DNA from: Neophaeotheca triangularis | Taxonomy: Eukaryota | DNA: 64,000 nucleotides | Assembly (NCBI GenBank): GCA_054600435.1 | Contig: BAAIJX010000001.1 | Span: 310,001-374,000, forward strand | Direction of reading: 5' to 3' | Shown here: positions 60,087-64,000 of the stretch, in pieces | Position numbering within the stretch: the first letter of the stretch is position 1 | Layout of the letters: every line of letters starts with the position of its first letter | Made by a program: the position numbers and the translations under genes | The notes under the pieces: model-generated | The model's input: only the letters and a program-made list of their open reading frames with translations | What the model was told of the DNA's origin: nothing | Databases searched by the model: none

Positions 60087-60287
60087 ATGGGGCGGGTGGA
60101 TTTCTTGATTGTCGCCTGCCTTGTTGGCCTCCTGGTCTTGTACCAAGTTGTGGGCCTCGGTGCTCTGTTCCTAATGGAGAGAGCGTTGCTTTACTTTGTC
60201 GTGTCGGTTATCTTCCGCCTAATACTGACGTGGGGATTTCGATGGGACAGGGAGATGATTCCGGAAGAGGAAGAGGAAGAGGATTAA
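60087..60287 (+). CDS. Putative 66-aa hydrophobic membrane microprotein with acidic tail
   Basis: MGRVDFLIVACLVGLLVLYQVVGLGALFLMERALLYFVVSVIFRLILTWGFRWDREMIPEEEEED; aligns with 59679-59858. Confidence 0.5.
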   Translation: MGRVDFLIVACLVGLLVLYQVVGLGALFLMERALLYFVVSVIFRLILTWGFRWDREMIPEEEEEED

Positions 60288-60634
60288 GGTGACGACGGAG
60301 AAAAGGCGCATGGAATATGAGAGCTGTGTACTGTTCTCATCAGGTAGCACGATAACGCGAGATGCCATAATGATGGTGATACCTTATGCTCGAATGTGGA
60401 CATCGGTAACACTAGGTAGGTATCTGGCGTGTCGTTCAGTGGAACGCCTTGATGGCCCGTGCGTATATATGTAGCTGCGACCTCTACTTTCCGAATCGGG
60501 CACGCGTTTGTACGCGTTTTCTTCCACACCACCGACTTCACCATACTTGTAGCTGCGCCCAAATAACCGAGACTGGCGATCGCAAGCTATGAGAAAGCGG
60601 CGCAGGGTGAACTGGTTGCAAAGCGGGCTTGGAG

Positions 60635-62717
60635 ATGGTGACAAAAGTGCTATGCGTGGCTGAGAAGCCCTCGATTGCGAAAGCCGTGGCAAACCATTTG
60701 GCCCCTGGACAGGTTCAGATTGTGAGTATACATATCATCTCCAGACGGTACCAATTTCTGCTAACAGTGCCTTCAGCGCCATCCCCCAGGATGCACCTAC
60801 CAGAAGAATTACGAGTTCCACTACAACTTCCAGACTTGGGGCCAATGCGATGTTACCATGACCTCCGTCAGCGGCCATCTCCTGGGCCAAGATTTTGCTT
60901 CTCAGTACCGCGGATGGCGAAGCTGCGATCCATCGGTACTCTTCGAGGCCACCATCGTTCCCACTCTGGACGAAAGCCGCAAGCCCATCGCCAAGAACAT
61001 CGAGCAGCAGGCCCGCCATGCACAGATCCTATACATCTGGACCGACTGTGACCGAGAAGGCGAGCACATTGGCACCGAGATCCGCGAGGTCGCTTCCAAG
61101 GTCAATCCTCGCTTGAGGCAGGCTGGGAAGACTGTTCGTGCACGTTTTTCGAACATTGAACGAGCGCACATCGTTAACGCTGCACGCTACCCCGTGCCAC
61201 TCGACGAAGCGCAGGCCAACGCCGTCGCTTCACGTATGGAGCTTGACCTGAGAATAGGAGCCAGTTTCACCAGGAACCTGACGTTCACTGTCCAGCCGCT
61301 GCTCCAGTCTAGGGACATCGATTGCCCTCTCGTCAGTTATGGCAGTTGCCAATTTCCCACCTTAGGGTTCGTTGTTGAACGATACTTTCGAGTCCGAAAC
61401 TTCGTGGCTGAGCCCTTCTGGGGCATCAAAGTCATGCACCAGAAGGATGGCGTCAAAGTCAACTTCAACTGGACTAGAGGGCACCTCTTTGACCGAATGG
61501 CAGTGATTGTGCTTTTCGAGAGGTGCATCCTGGCAAAGACGGCGACGATCACGAAAGTACTGACAAAGCCGACAAGCAAGTGGAAGCCACTTCCACTGAC
61601 TACGGTCGAGTTGCAAAAATGCGGTAGCAGGTTCTTGCGTATGGACAGTCATCGTGTCATGGCGCATGCCGAAAAGCTGTACCAGAACGGATGGATCAGC
61701 TACCCCCGTACTGAAACGGACCAGTTCGACAAAGCGATTGACCTTCGAGCGCTCGTACAGAAGCAGACAAACGGCCAAGCCTGGGGTCAGTATGCTCAAG
61801 GCCTTTTGAACGGTGGATTCAAATCGCCGCGCGACGGTCGAAACAACGACAAGGCGCATCCGCCTATCCATCCAGTCAACTTCGTGGCGTCTACGCAGCT
61901 CAATCAAGAAGAGGCGCGTGTTTATGAATTCGTTGTGAGACGCTTCCTTGCCTGCTGTAGCGAGGACGCCAAAGGCTCCAAGACAGAAATCGGGCTCCAG
62001 TACGGCTCGGAGACGTTCAATGCTTCCGGTCTCACGGTCCTCGAACGCAACTACCTAGACGTGTACCCCTACGATAAGTGGACAAGTAGCCAAGAACTCC
62101 CCCATTTCCATCAAGGCGAAACCTTTGAGCCTATGGAAGCACGCATGTACGAAAGCAAGACTTCGCCTCCCGCATATCTGACTGAGCCGGAACTCATTGG
62201 TTTAATGGACGCCAATGGCATCGGCACCGACGCTACCATGGCTGAACACATCACTAAGATCAAGGAACGACAATACGTCATGACGCAAGCTCGAGGACGT
62301 CAACCACGCCAAGAAGGCGATGACGCACCATCTTCCGACGACGAACCTGCGCCAGCAGCAGGAACAAGAGGTCGTGGCCGTGGTCGAGGAGGCAGGGGCC
62401 GAGGGCGGGGAGGGCGGGGAGGGGCCAACGCCGGAGGAAACAGCACCAGTGGAGTACAAGAATTCATACCGACGACGCTGGGCATGGCGCTTGTGCAAGG
62501 CTACGAAGCCATGAATCATGAGACGAGTCTCACCAAGCCCTTCTTACGCAAGGAGATGGAGTTGCGGATGAAGGCTATTTGTGACGGAGAAAAGACGAAG
62601 TTGCAAGTGGTGCAGGAGAGTATCGATCAGTATCGGCACGTCTACCTCTTAAGCCAGCATAGGCTAGGGGAGCTGAAAAAGGCGGTCAGGAAGTATTGCT
62701 TTGGTGAGGATGTTTGA
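60635..62717 (+). CDS. TOP3: DNA topoisomerase III; intron 60722-60776
   Basis: VLCVAEKPS, TSVSGH, WTDCDREGE, SYGSCQFPTLG, ISYPRTET (catalytic Tyr), AHPPIHP and GIGTDAT. Confidence 0.97.
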
Positions 62718-63679
62718 GGGAGACAAAAAGCAAAACGACCGGCTCAGGGGCAAACGCCAAGTCCAACTATCCAAAACCTTGATGCTATCCAAATTCTGTT
62801 CACTGCGTTTCCGACCTCAAGTATGCCATTGTGGAAGGAATGATATCCTGTGCTCTGTGAATATCATCAAGCTGATCGTACTCTTCCCCAAAGTGTCTCA
62901 TCCAGACTTCTTCTTTCACATGGCGTGTTGGCGCGTTCTTCCGTGCTGACTTGCGAGCTGTCTGCTTCTGTCTGGCCATGATGGGATGTTCGAGGGCAGA
63001 AATTGGTAGACGGGGTTGGATATGTTACGTTGAATATAGGGACGATCTTAACGCACACGTTGTGCGGTATTTATTAGTAAATGTCTTGGCCTTGTAGCCC
63101 TCTCAGCTATGTATCCCTGGCTGCTGTAATTCGGCCCAGACTCCGGGGAAGAAACAGAGTATGAGTAGTAATCAACCAAACCCTCTAGCAAGGTCACCTT
63201 CGACTGAAGTAGGTGGATATGGTGAAATTAGTGTGAATGGCAAAGGCGCAAAGTCCTGGAATTTGAGAAGATGTCCGCCAACGCTGCTGGTAGGGCGGTT
63301 CTCCTCTCCTGTCATGACCTCGGGAGCTTCTGAAGTCTGACTGGGCCTCCGGCAGTAAAGACCTGGACGGTATCGATCTCCCATATCTGATGTCTAAAAG
63401 TAGTAGTGTGCCTCTCGATGGCCGTGCTAATGTCTTCCCCCAAGTGGCTACAAGCTGTACCTACCGTACCTTAGGTGGGAGGTAGCTGTGACGTAGAGGC
63501 GCGTTCTAGCGCGAGGCAGGTGAATAGAAGTGCAGGGTCAGGCGCTATGTACCTTTTAGGTAGTACAATCAGTACCACGTGCGAGCGACCTAGAAAGACT
63601 CCCCAACATGGCAGCATAACGATCGCTCCCTCAATCACCACCGGTAGAACCCCAAGCACCTTCGCAGTCCTCTCCCATC

Positions 63680-64000
63680 ATGGCACCGGCTCTCGAGATC
63701 TCTATCCCAACAACTTCCACTGCAAACCCCCAAGACAGCAAAGCCTACACCCTCTACCACATAACCCTCCGTCTCCCACTCCGCACCCAAGAAGTCAAGA
63801 AACGCTACTCGGACTTCGAAAAGCTCCACTCGTCCCTCGAAAGCGAAACCAATGCCTCCCCGCCCTCTCCTCTCCCGGCCAAATCCTGGTTCAGACGAAC
63901 AGTCAACAACGAATCCCTAACGGAAGAGCGCCGCCAAGGATTAGAAAAGTACATCAAAGCCATAATAGCCGCCGAGGATGCTCGATGGCGATCTTCTAGT
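63680..64000 (+). CDS. VAM7: PX-domain protein, probably vacuolar SNARE Vam7 (5' part only; not in the ORF track)
   Basis: MAPALEISIPTT...YTLYHITLRLPLR...KKRYSDFEKLH...PLPAKSWF...EERRQGLEKY, open to the window end. Confidence 0.8.
   Translation, partial: MAPALEISIPTTSTANPQDSKAYTLYHITLRLPLRTQEVKKRYSDFEKLHSSLESETNASPPSPLPAKSWFRRTVNNESLTEERRQGLEKYIKAIIAAEDARWRSSS

Noticed and set aside
1..64000. Transposons, CRISPR arrays, tRNA or rRNA genes
   Set aside because: No transposase or RT motifs, terminal repeats, spaced repeats or recognisable structural RNA seen by eye. A tRNAscan-SE or Infernal run would be needed to exclude small RNAs.

Overview
Gene-dense eukaryotic DNA from a filamentous ascomycete. 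Short GT-AG introns with CTRAC/CTRAT branch sites and the gene content suggest Pezizomycotina, possibly Dothideomycetes (inference). About 30 protein-coding genes are supported, including POL3, TOP3, TPI1, TOM40, U1-70K, MRPL51, ALB1, a TUL1/DSC1 E3 ligase, palH, GH72, a USP, a RluA pseudouridine synthase, acetoacetyl-CoA synthetase, a PFK-2 family protein, UPRT, VAM7 (partial) and a homeobox factor. No transposon, rRNA, tRNA or CRISPR array was recognised. The top candidate system is an alpha/beta-hydrolase with the full fluoroacetate-dehalogenase residue set (54397-55463) lying tail-to-tail, 36 bp apart, with a FEX/CrcB fluoride exporter (55500-56984), a possible fungal defluorination plus fluoride-export module. 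The hydrolase frame appears to need a 1-nt exon. Other notable items: extra 5' splice sites in and after U1-70K, two tandem related membrane microproteins, an in-frame TAG in a fasciclin gene, a KRE1-like gene missed by the ORF track, a Cys-to-Gly change in Pol delta CysA, and a recurring intergenic 11-mer. Exon boundaries and family calls were made by eye, with no database search.
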